Under the pieces are notes generated by a model. The model did not search any database. It worked only from the letters and a program-made list of their open reading frames with translations, and had not been told where the DNA came from. From the NCBI GenBank assembly GCA_002269645.1, contig NIVC01002583.1, positions 1-64,000 on the forward strand: a DNA stretch of 64,000 bases. Direction: 5' to 3'. Origin of the DNA: Macrostomum lignano (lineage: Eukaryota). The position numbers and the translations under genes were made by a program. Below are positions 37,860 to 50,500 of the stretch, piece after piece. Within the stretch, counting starts at the first letter, position 1. Each line of letters begins with the position of its first letter.

Positions 37860-38125
37860 CACGACGCCTTCAAAGTCGGTGACGAGCGATGCACTTATGC
37901 ATGGCACTTCATTGCCGCGTCGGCTGGCCCGTCCAAGCGACCTGTTGCGCCGTCGGCGACTCCAGCTGGCGGGGCACATCATCCCTTTGCATGGGCACAT
38001 CATCCCTTTGCATTGGCCAGAGTTGATTTCGGAGGTGCTGCTGCTTCTGCCGGTAAAGGTAGCCAACAGGCGAAGGCAGGTGGCCCTGTCTTATGCCCTG
38101 AGAAGAGCCGCGTGACGTTCTTTTG
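37860..38125 (+). mobile_element. RTE-like non-LTR retrotransposon C-terminal fragment
   Basis: SDLLRRRRLQLAGHII resembles the RTE RRRRLRWAGH motif; contains a 21-bp internal duplication. Confidence 0.55.
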
Positions 38126-38422
38126 AGGGACCTTCTGTGACAACGCGTATTGTTATTTTATTGTTAGCGGATTATTTAAATTGTTAGTTACGATAAGAAC
38201 TTGACTGCATCTAGAATAAAAAAGTGGTTAGCTGAAGCTGAATTGAAGACGCGCTTTGCCGTCAACTTTAAAAGATATCAAGAATCACTATATTTTCTTT
38301 GATTCAAATGGCTGTCTTTACGACTTTAAAAATTGTGAACCATATCAAAATGTCTGTTCATATTTCAGTGTGTTCTTCAGTTGCTTAGAACAGTAATATT
38401 TTCCTATTTGCGTATCCCAAAA

Positions 38423-40124
38423 CTAAACCAGCTCCATAATCTGCTCAACAGTGAGCATTTCTTTGAAGATGCCGAGTACTTTGATTCGGCCGTACAAAAA
38501 CTTTGTCGGCGAATCAGCCCAGTTGAAGCCAAGGTAGAGGCAGCCGATTCGCTCGGGATCCGTGCCGTACGTGCTGGCGGAGGTGTAGAAGGTGGTGTCC
38601 AGCTTCACGCCGTTCACCACAAAGTAGCCGGATGTCGGGCCGATGGCCATGGCAAAGTGGATTGCAGAGCCGCTGGGATAGGTGTAAGTCGATCCAGCAG
38701 CGACGGACGTTGCGACCTGCCAATCGCCAGTCAGGGAGTTCAGGAACCAGCCCTGGTTGCCGCTGGATCTCTCGTTAATGGCGCCGTTGTGGTTATTGTT
38801 GTTGAAGCAGCTGGCGAACATTGCGAGCTCGGATCGATCTTTTATAGTGTCCCGAACGAAGGTGACCAGGAAGGTGAATTGCGTCCCAGTCCTGAATTGC
38901 AATGATGGGATTTTTTTAGATTAGAATTGGAGGGTTTGTAAAAAAGAGAAATTCAAATTTAAAAAGTAGAAAAGAAAGAAGACGAACCTGACAAGCGAGT
39001 CGAAGCCAATGTGCGACAGGTTGAGCCTCACGAACTGCGACATGCTCAACGGAATCTGGACGCCGTCGGGTCCGATGTCGATCGGTGTGTTGTTGACGGC
39101 CGGCATGACGGTCGGGTTGGCGAGGTTCAGCATGCTCGAGTTGAAGGTGTAGAAGGCGAGCATTGATGAGGCCCAGGTGCGCGCTTTGTGCCACATGCTG
39201 CAGCCTTGGACGCCGTGGAGGCGGCTGTTCAGGTAAAGGCTGAGCGATCCTCGAAGCAGCCGGACGCGTTGAAGACGAAGAACTCGCAGGTCGGACGCGA
39301 CGCGCAGGCGTGGGCGCAAACGTCCAGGTGATGCGGCTGCGACCAAGCGAGGTGGAGCACAGGCGGGACATTCGTGGCCGCAGTGTGGGTGCACCAGGTC
39401 TCGCTGGAGAAGTGGCTGCGCCAACGGACCGACACGGCGAGAGGCGAGAAGTAGGCGGCTGGGGCGGCGGCAGCGATGTGGGCGAAGTAGGCGGAGGCGT
39501 TGAGTGGCACGCAGCGGACGGCGGATCCGGCGGCTTCGGTAGCGGCGGCGGCGTCAAGAATCGGCGAGAACATCGAGCCGTCTGCCGCCAGCCGCGTGCA
39601 CCAGCGGGAGCAGAGGAGCTCGGCCAGGTTTTCAGCCACGCTCGTAGAATTAAGGACCAGAAACGGCGCTACGAGTGTTTTGTTGTCTCCGCAGTTCTCT
39701 AACAGCAAATGTTTTTATTCGAAAAGCGGTTCTTTGGGTTCCTGCTTAGCACTAAATTTGTTTTCTGAATAAACAATCATGTATTACCCAAAGCAGTGTC
39801 CATCTTAGCGAGCAGTTTGCAACTTCCGGGCGTCAGCTGAGCCGATCCGTTTCGCAGAATCCGCCACTTATTGTCGGAAAGCGACTCGTTGCCGTGGCAG
39901 GCGATGCAGCCGCTGGTCCTGGCGCAGTGCGCTGCGCATTCGATTTTACTCGCCGCATCCGAGGCTTCAGCGAGCGGCTCCTCGGCGCTGCAGAGCCCGT
40001 TAGACACCGAGAGGTGAGCTGTGGCCGCCTGATCCACAGTTGCCGAGGCTGCACTGAGCGCCAGGAGCGTCAGAAGAAACGGCTGCACTAAGAGGTGCTG
40101 GCTGTCACAGTTAAAGATTTTCAT
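38423..40124 (-). pseudogene. PAN-repeat + LamG protein, copy B (exons 40124-39788, 39698-38988, 38891-38423), 1-bp deletion at ~39250
   Basis: Same exon phases and the same 469-nt last exon as copy A. Has GAGGATCG where A and C have GAGGGATCG, so this is either a real lesion or a homopolymer sequencing error. Confidence 0.78.
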
Positions 40125-40979
40125 AGATATTGGAAATGTTTTGCTTGTTACTACGAATTAATTGCTGCTGTCGATTCTCCTCAGCTCTTCACGGATGCGT
40201 CAAATAAATACACCTCGTCCATTGTTAGTCCAGAAAGCAGCAATCAACTTGAGTGCCGATGGTAGCAATTGTCCGAAATTGCGGTGTTGATTAATTTGAT
40301 GGCTTTTGGCTTGATTTGTTAATTGCAGCCGAGCTGTTCAATTTTTCATTTATTCAATAATTTATTTTGTTTTTCCTGTTTGTGCAGTTATTCAGCTTTC
40401 AGTTGACAACCAAGGCTAACAAATTGACTCGGCTGAAAACTCCCTCAACAACGAGTTTTAATTATTTTTTAAAAATTCATAGATTTTCTAACGAAGCTTA
40501 TAAGCAACGGTAGATTGCTTAACAATTGAATTTTACAACAACAAAACAAACTACACGAGCCCTGGTCAAGCCAAGCTCGGCTGCTGTCAAAAAGCGCGCT
40601 CAGAGCAGCGAGTCCGCGAGGGTCAGAAATCTCAGTGTCTCATAGAAGCAGCAGCACGTCCTGCAGTGGCTCAGGGCAGCACTGCTCTGCTCGGATGACG
40701 TAGGCGCCGGCAGCTGGCTGGGTCGGGAGAGTTGGGCCCATCGATATAGCTCATCATTGCTGGTGTTGGTGGTGGCGATCGGCGAGTATAGTGAAGGAGT
40801 AGGGAGTAGTGAACTGTACGCATATGTATTGTACCCAGTACGGATGTGATATCATCCGGCTACGTCCTTCTTCTACAGATCTACCGTATCCGCATGACCA
40901 TATCCGGGTCAGCCGACTATGCCTGACTGCTTGCCCTCTCGCTGGCTGCGGGTCGACTGTCGCGTTCGTTGGCGTCAGT

Positions 40980-41665
40980 GCCCAGAGTGAGCACTCCGTG
41001 TGATTGGTAGAGTGAGCACTCCGTGTCCGTGTGATTGGTAGAGTGAGCACTCCGTGTGATTGGTAGAGTGAGCACTCCGTGTGATTGGTAGAGTGAGTAC
41101 TCTGTGGTATTGGCAGAGTGAGCACTCTGTGTGATTGTTAGAGTGAGCACTGTGATTGCACTCTGTGGTATTGGCAGAGTGAGCACTCTGTGTGATTGTT
41201 AGAGTGAGCACTCTGTGGTATTGGCAGAGTGAGCACTCTGTGTGATTGTTAGAGTGAGCACTCTGTGGTATTGCAGAGTGAGCACTCTGTGTGATTGGCA
41301 GAGTGAGCACTCTGTGGTATTGGCAGAGTGAGCACTGTGTGATTGGCAGAGTAAGTACTCTGTGGTATTGGCAGAGTGAGCACTCTGTGTGATTGGCAGA
41401 GTGAGCACTCTGTGTATTGGCAGAGTGAGCACTCTGTGTGATTGGCAGAGTGAGCACTCTGTGTGATTGGCAGAGTGAGCACTCTGTGTGATTGGCAGAG
41501 TGAGCACTCTGTGTGATTGGCAGAGTGAGCACTCTGTGTGATTGGCAGAGTGAGCACTCTGTGTGATTGGCAGAGTGAGCACTCTGTGTGATTGGCAGAG
41601 TGAGCACTCACTCTGTGTGATTGGCAGAGTGAGCACTCACTCTGTGTGATTGGCAGAGTGAGCAG
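40980..41665. repeat. 25-bp minisatellite (GAGTGAGCACTCTGTGTGATTGGCA)
   Basis: Direct reading. Confidence 0.96.
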
Positions 41666-43489
41666 AATTTCTAATTAATGCGAGAGCCTGCATGAGCTGG
41701 ACAGGCTGATGGGTGCAATCAATTAATTTAGAACGCTCAAAATTGATGAATAAAAGCTTCCATAATTGCTGATAAAAAGCGGCCTGTTTGATCTGCGTGA
41801 GTTTTTTGCTGATAAATAAAATTTTTCCCCCAAAACTTTTTGCATAAAGTAACGAAGTACGTGTGAAAGGATTCCTTTGCAAGCATTCACTACTCGAGAT
41901 ACGTGTACCTGCGCAATATCACTTATCAGTTAGGGTTTCTCTGGCATTGTTTTGGGCATGACGTGTCAAAAATCAAAGTGGCGTACTTTTCCTCGTATTG
42001 CAGAGAAAATCATTTATGGCAAATATGAATGAGGATATAAATTTCAGAAAAGCAGCGGACTCTGGGTCTTGAAGGTGGTCGGTGGTCGGAGAACAAACTT
42101 TGGTACTGCTTATTGTGCCCTCTGTTCACAGTGCTCGATGGGCTGAAACCAGAGATCAGGATCCGATTGCTAAAGTGCCTCCCTTCTGGTTTGGGGCAGT
42201 TTTGCGGTTTGATTTTGATCGGAAACCTTATTCGCGGCTTTCAGATCGACTTTGGATGAATAATAATCGGCTAAAACTTAGAGATAGAGACCTTTCCAAG
42301 TCCAAGGAAGCAGCCCAGCTGACTGACTCCACGGTGGCCGTCAGAGAACCGACCAACTCAGCTCGCAGATCCGGCCGCTGCTATCAAAAGCCTCTCAAGT
42401 GAATTGGTTCCGAGGCTAAAAGACCGTCCAATTCTGGCAATTTTGATGAAGCTCAGAAAACTTGGCTCGAATGCAAAAAATGCACAAACAGACGTGACGA
42501 AGGGACCGAGCTGATGTACAACAACAACAACAACAACAACAACAAACAACAAAGTACGCTGCCAGGTGGAAAAAAGCAGCGTCACAGGGTGATGAAGCGA
42601 ACGGCTCCTGCGACCTGTGACCAGACGCGCAGGCCCTGCGGTTGCCACTGCAGCTGCTGAGGCTGTGAAGCAACGGCGCACCATCTGGCCAACTTTTAAG
42701 AAAGCTGCTTCGGGAGCAGCCTTTGCGACAAAGATCCTGGGAATGACTACCGAAAGACCAAGACCAGCTGCGAAAGTGTGGAGTGCTATTGACTTCTATC
42801 TGATGGGACTGGCTGTCTGATTGGAAGTTCGTTGAATAGCCATTAGTTAGGGTTAATTTGGTGGATAGATAACTTTTTTGCTGCAAAGTTAACGGCTGCC
42901 ACGTGGCCAGTTATTTCCAATAGCAGAGAATCACCACCGGGGATTCATTGGCGGATTTGAAGACCAGTGAATGCGGAGTGCAAAACGACTTTTATAATCT
43001 GATGGACAACTAAATTTGAACACGGAGTGCAAAATGACGCAGTTACAGTTGCACAATGCACTGCACCTACCTACGTGTAAATCTAAATGTTATCAATACT
43101 CATTATTGCATATAGGGACAGCGAAACCTTTCTATTAAGTATGGTGGGTTACCATCGAATTCGTCAACAGACCTAAAATGTCAGAAATTGGAGGAAATCG
43201 AACTCGTCAACAGTTAAAACAAGCAGACCGAATTTGTCAACAAGATTGACTAACCTAATGTTGTTCTTTAACGCAATAATGTAAATTTCTGTAACTCAAT
43301 CAGCAAAATTCCCATGGCTTGCTTCATTTCGTGCTGGTTTCCTAAGACAATAAATTTGAATACGTCAAATTAATTTGCAATGCCGGCACGAACATTTATT
43401 TTAGCATAAATGATCTTCAGTGTATTTGTCGATATTTTTTTTATCAATCCTGCGATTTGCAAGCAGCGTTCAGCTTTAACGCTCAATAT

Positions 43490-45360
43490 TCAAACAAGCT
43501 CCATGATTTCGTCGCGTGTGAGAAACTTGTCGAATATGCCGAAAACCTTGATGCGGCCAATCAGATACCGGTTGTAAGTAGCTATATAATTGTACCCCAG
43601 GTACAAGCAGCCGATGGATTCGGGGTCAACGCCATAACTGCTCGGATACTTCGAGAACGTGCTGTTAACCTCCAGGCCGTTCACAATGATCTGACCAGAA
43701 TTTGGTCCGATGGACAGAGCGAGATGGTTCACTGAGCTGCGGGAGTAGTTATACGAAGAGTTCTCAGGTATCGACGTCACCACATGCCAGTTTCCTGTCA
43801 GGGAGTTCAGGTACCAGCCCGTGTTTCCAACCGACTGCTCATTGATTGCGCCGTTGTGTCTGTGCGAGTCCGAGCAGCTGGCCAGCATCGCCAGCTCCGA
43901 GCGAGCTTTCAGGGTGGTGCGGCTGAACGATACAAAGAAAGTAAAGGAGGCGTTCGACCTGCAGCAGTAGGTGGAGGGAATCGGACGATTTCGGATGGCC
44001 AACCGTCTGCATCAGTTTGTAACGCGGCTTGAATAAAAAACTGCCAACTGAATGCTACTCACCTGACGAGCGAGTTGAAGCCGATGTGCGACAGGTTGAG
44101 CCTCACGAACTGCGTCTCAATTGTCGGAATCTGGACGCCGTCGGGTCCGATGTCGATCGGTGTGTTGTTGAGGGCCGGCATGACGGTCGGGTTGGCGAGG
44201 TTCAGCATGCTCGAGTTGAAGGTGTAGAAGGCGAGCATTGATGAGGCCCAGGTGCGCGCTTTGTGCCACATGCTGCAGCCTTGGACGCCGTGGAGGCGGA
44301 TGTTCAGGTAGAGGCTGAGCGATCCCTCGAAGCAGCCGGACGCGTTGAAGACGAAGAACTCGCAGGTCGGACGCGACGCGCAGGCGTGGGCGCAAACGTC
44401 CAGGTGATGCGGCTGCGACCAAGCGAGGCGGAGCACAGGCGGAACATTGGCGGCCGCAGTGTGGGTGCACCAGGTCTCGCTGGAGAAGTGGCTTCGCCAA
44501 CGGACCGACACGGCGAGAGGCGAGAAGTCGTCGGCTGGGTAGTCGGCGGCAGCGATGTGGGCGAAGTAGGCGGAGGCGTTGAGCGGCAGGCAGCGGACGG
44601 CGGATCCGGCGGCTTCGGGAGCGGCGGCCGCGTCGAGAATCGGCGCGAACATTGAGCCGTCCGCCGCCAGCCGCGTGCACCAGCGGGAGCAGAGGAGCTC
44701 GGCCAGACTGACCGCTGCTCCAGTTGAGTTTGGCATCACTAGAAGCGGTGCATTGAGCGTGTCGTTCATCGGGCAGGTCTCTGCAAAGTGAAGGGAACGA
44801 TTGGGGGTGTGCGATCAGTTTGCGCATTTCTAAGCTTTATTTGGTAGCTTGCAATGCATTCTAATCAGCACCATGTGTGTGCATGAGCGAGTACATCAAT
44901 GTGGGTTACTTCATTTCGTTGGTAAGTGGAGTACATTACTGAGGGTGAGTACATCATCCAGCTATCGTAGAGAGTTTAAACACCTGTCAAAAGGAACAGC
45001 AACGCATTGCATGGCCACGAAGTGGCTGCTCACCTTGTAGCAGCTCGAACACCCGGCCGCTTCTCACAGCGGTGTTGCAGTTTCCCGCAGTCAGCGCAGC
45101 TGAGCTGCTCCCAGTCAGCACCAGCTGCCCTCGCCAGCCGCTGCTTGCCGCGCTGCATGCCAGGCAGCTCGGTGACTTTGAGCACTCGAAGGCGCAGGAA
45201 GCTTCGCTTCGCTCAGAGTCGTCTGCAGCAGCTCGGCGCTCTCGTTCGCGATGCAGGTGCCGCTGAGCTGCTCGAACTGCTCGCACTGCGGCTGCCGCGG
45301 CGGGGAGTCGCTGGCTGCAGCCTGCAGGACCAGCGGCAGCAGAAGCAGCAGCAGCAGCAT
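43490..45360 (-). pseudogene. PAN-repeat + LamG protein, copy C (exons 45360-45034, 44780-44063, 43958-43490), frame break at ~45203-45212
   Basis: Signal peptide MLLLLLLLPLVLQAAAS. Exon 2 is nearly identical to copy A and exon 3 is again 469 nt. A tandem GCGAA GCGAA in exon 1 shifts the frame; removing one copy restores LSEASCAFEC. Confidence 0.78.
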
Positions 45361-46920
45361 CTCAGAGGGCAGGTTGATGGAGACGGACTTTTCAGTTTTG
45401 ATCCATAAAAAGATTGGACTCGGCTCTGAGAGACGGTTGTCGCCTGCAGGCTTCCTATTTTTATGCGTCTGCTGCTCAGCAGTGAGGCCGGCGGTGAATT
45501 TAATTTGAATAATTAGTTTTCCACCGCTTCTGGTGCATTTCGGCAGAAATTAAAAAAATTGTTTATCGATAAAATTTCCGAGCAATTTAATTTGAGTTTT
45601 CCGCGGCATTGTCGAACTCGATGGCAATCAAAGTAATGAATGACGCATTTAATTTTATTACCTTAATATTTTTTGACTGGGACAATGCCACTGTCATTTC
45701 AGGATCCCAAAATCCAGCAGAAGCGTGCGAAAACTGGAAGAAAACAAGAAACGCTAGTCATAAAATATTTTTATGAAAAATGATGGGTTAGAATGGCTTT
45801 CACTTGCAGCTCTCGACAAGAGCGCTTGGAGATGTCTATTATACTGGAATTACTCAAGAGGACAGAGCTCCTGGTTGTGCAGAGGACCTCAGAGAGAGCT
45901 GACGTTGTTGCCACCCGCCTATCGGGGAAAAATATATCAAAGCCAGCGTATTATAAAATTTCAGCAGTCTTTGGAAGCCCACATGCATTGTTGAGCTGCT
46001 TTTTAACTGAGTTCACCCCATGGATCTTACATACACCAGATAGGCCACTCAGTGGCACCCAGCCAAACTATGAGTCTACGGGAAGCTTTCAAAGATGCAG
46101 TGGGTATGCAAATGAAAATAATTTTCCTTTATGCATCCATACACTACTGACGATTAGTTTTCAGTAGTGCAAGCGAGCATTTTTTCGTCCCCGATTCATT
46201 TTTGGGTGCCATTTTCTATGAACTGGCTGAATGGGGACTGGCCTATCTAGTGTATATAGTATCTGTGGTTCAGGCCCTTTGTGCCTGCTCTCTGAGGCTT
46301 AAGGAATCACCTGACGTTGATTGATAGTCAAATGCACATCACATTTAATGATTTGGAAACAGAAAACACTCGTTAGTGAAATCTTGTCGAGTTTTATTTT
46401 GGTTATGAGGCTGGCACTGATTCGTGCTCAGATTGTCAACCCGCTAGGCACATTTACGACACTATATTTAGCTGGGGGTGGACGGAATGAGGGGGGATTA
46501 TCAAAAGTTGCAAAGTCAACATAAACTGCAGTGAGAAGCTGTAGTGTGACGAGAGTACAATAGACATCCAAGAATCGTAAGAAACGCAGTCAGGCTCTAG
46601 AAGAGTTTATATTGCATGGAAAGCTTCAGTAAGGTAGGAAACTTAAGTTTAGTTTGTTAGTTTAGTGATCAACAAACCAAAAAACAACAATAATGACAAA
46701 AAATGTAGTGTGTCACGAGTATTTTGGGTATTTGGACATTTTGGGTAGTTTTGTATCCAAGAGCGATTAACAAACAGTTGTAAAATACGCACACAGAAAC
46801 TGTGTGAAACATAGTCCAGGAACTAAAAGTCCAGATTCAAAGAAAAAACATGGATTCCTACTCTCGATTTACAATGAAAGTTTCAAACAATTCATCGCTC
46901 TGTAGCTAGGCCAAAATAGT

Positions 46921-49221
46921 TCAGGCCAGCTGGAGCATGAGCCGAATGCTCTTCAGTGCCTCATTGGACCCAGATGTGGCGCCAGTCCAGTAAACTGAAT
47001 GCATGTCAGTTGAAGCGGTGTCGCGGTAGAGTCCGTTCGGGTTCGACCTGGAGCAGGCTTTGAACCACCAGCCAGCGTTGCCACGGCTAACAGAGCATGA
47101 AGCGGAATGGCCGTCATTGTCGCGATCCATTGTCGAGAATTGCATTCCATTGTTATGAGCGAGTGAGTCGCTTGTCATGTTGGAGCTGCTGCTCAGGTAA
47201 GAACCGTAATTCATTGTGTAGCTGTTGATGGCACTGCCCACACTAAATCCAGAGTACTCGCCCACGTACAGGACATCCGACCAGGTCGTGGCCTCAACTC
47301 GCAGAGTCTTTGGAGAGCTTCCAGTGAGCTGGTGGATTTTGTGCAGACCTGAAATGTCCAGATACTTTTTAACATACTTCCAACCGTTCTTTTCATCCGT
47401 ATGTGATCTCTCCTTGATTTACAGACATCTGAGATATGCATTCGTATTCTCAATGAGAAATTTAGTACCCAAACGATTTATGTAAGTTGTAATAAACGTC
47501 AAAATCTAAGTTAGCCCAGACTCTGTCGTTTATTAATATGTATTTGATTTTTTAACTTTGTACGTGTGCTTAATCTGTGTGAACCCTCACCCTAAAGACA
47601 CGGAAAATCCTGGCTCCTGGTTTGAGTCCCGTTCGTTAGCAACTGTCCATGCATGTCTCACCAGTCCAGAAGTCGGTGTCGTCACTGAAGCCGCGCACAT
47701 ACTCGACCCAGCCCCGGGCAAAGCTCAGGCAGCCCTTCGATCGGTGCTGGATGACTTGGAAAGTTCGGCCGTCAGCCTGGACAAGTCGGACTGGAAAGAA
47801 GCACAAGATTGACCACAAGCTTTCAGACAGGGGCGTCTTGAAACTCAGCATTTTAATTAAAGGAATTGAATATGACGCTACTCTCGTATGCGATGCTTGC
47901 CTTTAATTAACTAAATACGCTTTCCGAAAATACAATTTCGGAATTATAGAGGGTTCATATTGCGGATTCCAAACCATCTGATCCAGTCGGTTTCGAACTT
48001 TTTATTTTTGTTCTTCTGTGATTCTGCTTATGCGTTGTTAAGGAAAGCTGCAACGAAGTTGTTATGGATTTAACAGGTGCCGATCTTCTCACTAGGAATC
48101 ATTAAATCAAAAGATGGCCTTTACATATCCCTACCCGTTTCTTCTGTTTCTGTAATCTGAATTATTCTGCTTCAGGGTTTCCACTTTGAGTTGGAATAGT
48201 ACGCTGAAGTACGCTGAAATAAATTAGATTCTTACACCGCACTTTTGAAATTCTTTGTTTTTGAAAGAATGCTCGTCTACACTACAGTGAATGAACGTGA
48301 GTTCGAGAAGCATTTCAAGAGAAGCAGTGACCACAGCGATGCTTTTTATTCTTTAGAGGCAGGGGCTATGTGCACCTTGGTGCACTTAAAAGACATTGTC
48401 ACACAACGGGCGAGAGGCATTACTATTCCTGGATACGTTCGCAGTCATACGCATCTAGGCACACACTCCCACAGCGGCCCTAACTTTATTAATCATGTAC
48501 GAGTACACTTCACTGTGCCTTGGGGGTTGGCCCTCAAAGGCGATAATTTCACGAGCAGAGCCAAGCCGAGATTCCAATTTAGCCCCAACTTAATGTGACT
48601 GCACTTGGAATCGAGCCCGGACCGCGGGTACATCAGAGCGCCATCTGGACTACTAGGCTACGCCCCCCCCCAACGAATCTTGACTACAACAACGATGTTG
48701 TCAAGAGTCGCAGAAATGCAAGGATTTTTAAATTGCGTTGGACCAACACGAGGCAATAAGCGGTGTCGGATAAAATTAGCCATATTGGTCAGTGACTTCA
48801 CCAGCGCACTTACACGTGCCTGCATCGGGGCGTCGCTTGTCCTTTCGATAGACAGAGCCTCCAGGAACGAGGCTAGAAAAGTCAGCATTGCCCTCGGCCG
48901 AGAAGATGCAAGTCTTCGTCTCGGACACGAAGGCGGCAGCGGAGCAGCACCGGACAAACTGCAGCTCGCATTTCAGTGCGCACTCCGCGCCGCTGCCACC
49001 AGCCGCTGATGCCATCGAAGCAGTTGTCGTTCGCTGAGGTTCGTCGATTGAAAAAACTGAAAATAGATGTAAGAGCTAGATCAGTCTGATTCACTAAAGA
49101 GTGGCTCTGACTGAGCCGCGTGTGTGAAATACTACAGACCAGTTTCGGAGACCACTGGCGTCCAAAGCAGAGACCCGGAGCAAAGGCTAGCAACGGCAAT
49201 GCTCAGAAGAATGACAGACAT
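46921..49221 (-). CDS. Secreted PAN/apple + fibrinogen C-terminal (FReD) protein; exons 49221-49140, 49056-48814, 47790-47662, 47348-46921; ~293 aa, intact
   Basis: Signal peptide MSVILLSIAVASLCSG; PAN motif ECALKCELQFVRCCSAAAFVSETKTCIF; FReD motifs VIQHRSKG.LSFARGWVEYVRGF..FWTG|LHKIHQLT, GMQFSTMDRDND and GWWFKACSRSNPNG. All three introns are GT-AG and phase 1. Confidence 0.9.
48352..48671 (-). mobile_element. tRNA-derived SINE in intron 2 of the PAN-FReD gene
   Basis: Minus-strand head GGGGGCGTAGCCTAGTAGTCC (A box) ... GGCTCGATTCC (B box). A diverged second copy is split between 57489-57620 and 60504-60700. Confidence 0.75.
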
Positions 49222-49899
49222 GCTGCAGAGTGAATTTCTAACAAAAAGCAAGTATTGAGCATGCAAGCAAGAAAGTATATCTTACTTTTGGGTATAGCTC
49301 CTTTTTATTCGTTTTAGAACCTTTTCCTGCCTTGCTTAGACCGAGAAAAGCTTCTCTTGTTGTTTTCACGTTGCCATGGAAGATGGAGGCGAATAAACAG
49401 GAGTTGGATGGAAGTAATTGACTGTCTCTCAAACCGGAACTTTTTCTCTTCCTCTAAAAAAGTTGTCTTTTGCCTGAATGGTTTGCTTTTACTTTGGTAT
49501 ATCGATCTCTGCTGGCAAACTCTGCTTTCTCGCATTGACGCGCTGAAAGAAGGCAGTTGCCAGGCAAATCGAGAGTTTGACTGACGCGTGCCGAATGCAT
49601 TAGAAATGCAGCCGACTAATGGGAGTAAGAGAGCTTTTCGCAGGCGGCGTCAACAGCGGCTGGGTTTCTCATCGCCCTAAAAGACGTTTATTGTGTACGT
49701 GGGTATCGCTTCATCCAGGGTTGTCGTTGCTTTTCGGAGTCCTTAAACGCTTAAAATAACGCATCAAAAGCATTTTTTAAAGAGAGAAAAGCGAGCTAAG
49801 ACTATTATTTCGTTGGTAGCTGGGTTACAATTATTCCTAAATTGTGGCTAATTGAAACACTGCAGATATAAAAGAGTGCAAGAGTTGCAAAGTCAGTTT

Positions 49900-50200
49900 A
49901 ATGTAAGTATATGATGACCGGCAATTCCAAGAAAAGCTTTAGTTGTTCCTATTCTTGGTGTAGTTAGTCAAAACCTACAGGTAGTCTATTCAAAATTTTA
50001 AATTTCTTTTTTGTTGCTTACTTCCTTAACAGAGGCCGAAAATGGCTAGTCCACTATACTAAAATGAATTGTCGGTATCTAGGGGTATGCGATATGATTG
50101 ATTTTCAGAATTAATGCGGCTCAACCGTTTTTCGGGAAATTTGCACCGCTCGATCGGAAATATTTCGTGAAAATGACCAGTTTTTTATTAAAACTTTCAC
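49900..50200 (+). mobile_element. Head-to-tail junction of Helitron-like elements (same family type as 14.5-19.9 kb)
   Basis: GGCCGAAAATGGCTAG|TCCACTATACTAAAATGAATTGTC...GGCTCAACCGTTTTTCGGGAAATTTGCACCGCTCGATCGGAAAT matches the copy 2/3 5' motifs; junction at 50049/50050. Confidence 0.6.
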
Positions 50201-50374
50201 TTCCACTTGAGTATAAAGCTTAATATCGTAATAAATTCGTTATACTACTCAACTAGTACACTTATTTACACAATGATCTATAAATTGTAAGCCCAAAATT
50301 TCTAATTATTTCTCGAAAATCAATAAAAAATATATTAAACTACGCGAAATCATTTATCTATGTATACATATTTT

Positions 50375-50396
50375 TATCTATCTATCTATCTATCTA

Positions 50397-50492
<96 letters not shown>

Positions 50493-50500
50493 GATCTATC
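50375..50500. repeat. (TATC)n microsatellite
   Basis: Direct reading. Confidence 0.97.

Noticed and set aside
40600-40980. GC-richer segment with short ORFs next to the 25-bp array
   Set aside because: No domain or termini recognised.
42082-42886. Cluster of short ORFs with moderate GC
   Set aside because: No recognisable motif, splice structure or element ends; could be old TE sequence, but I cannot support a call.
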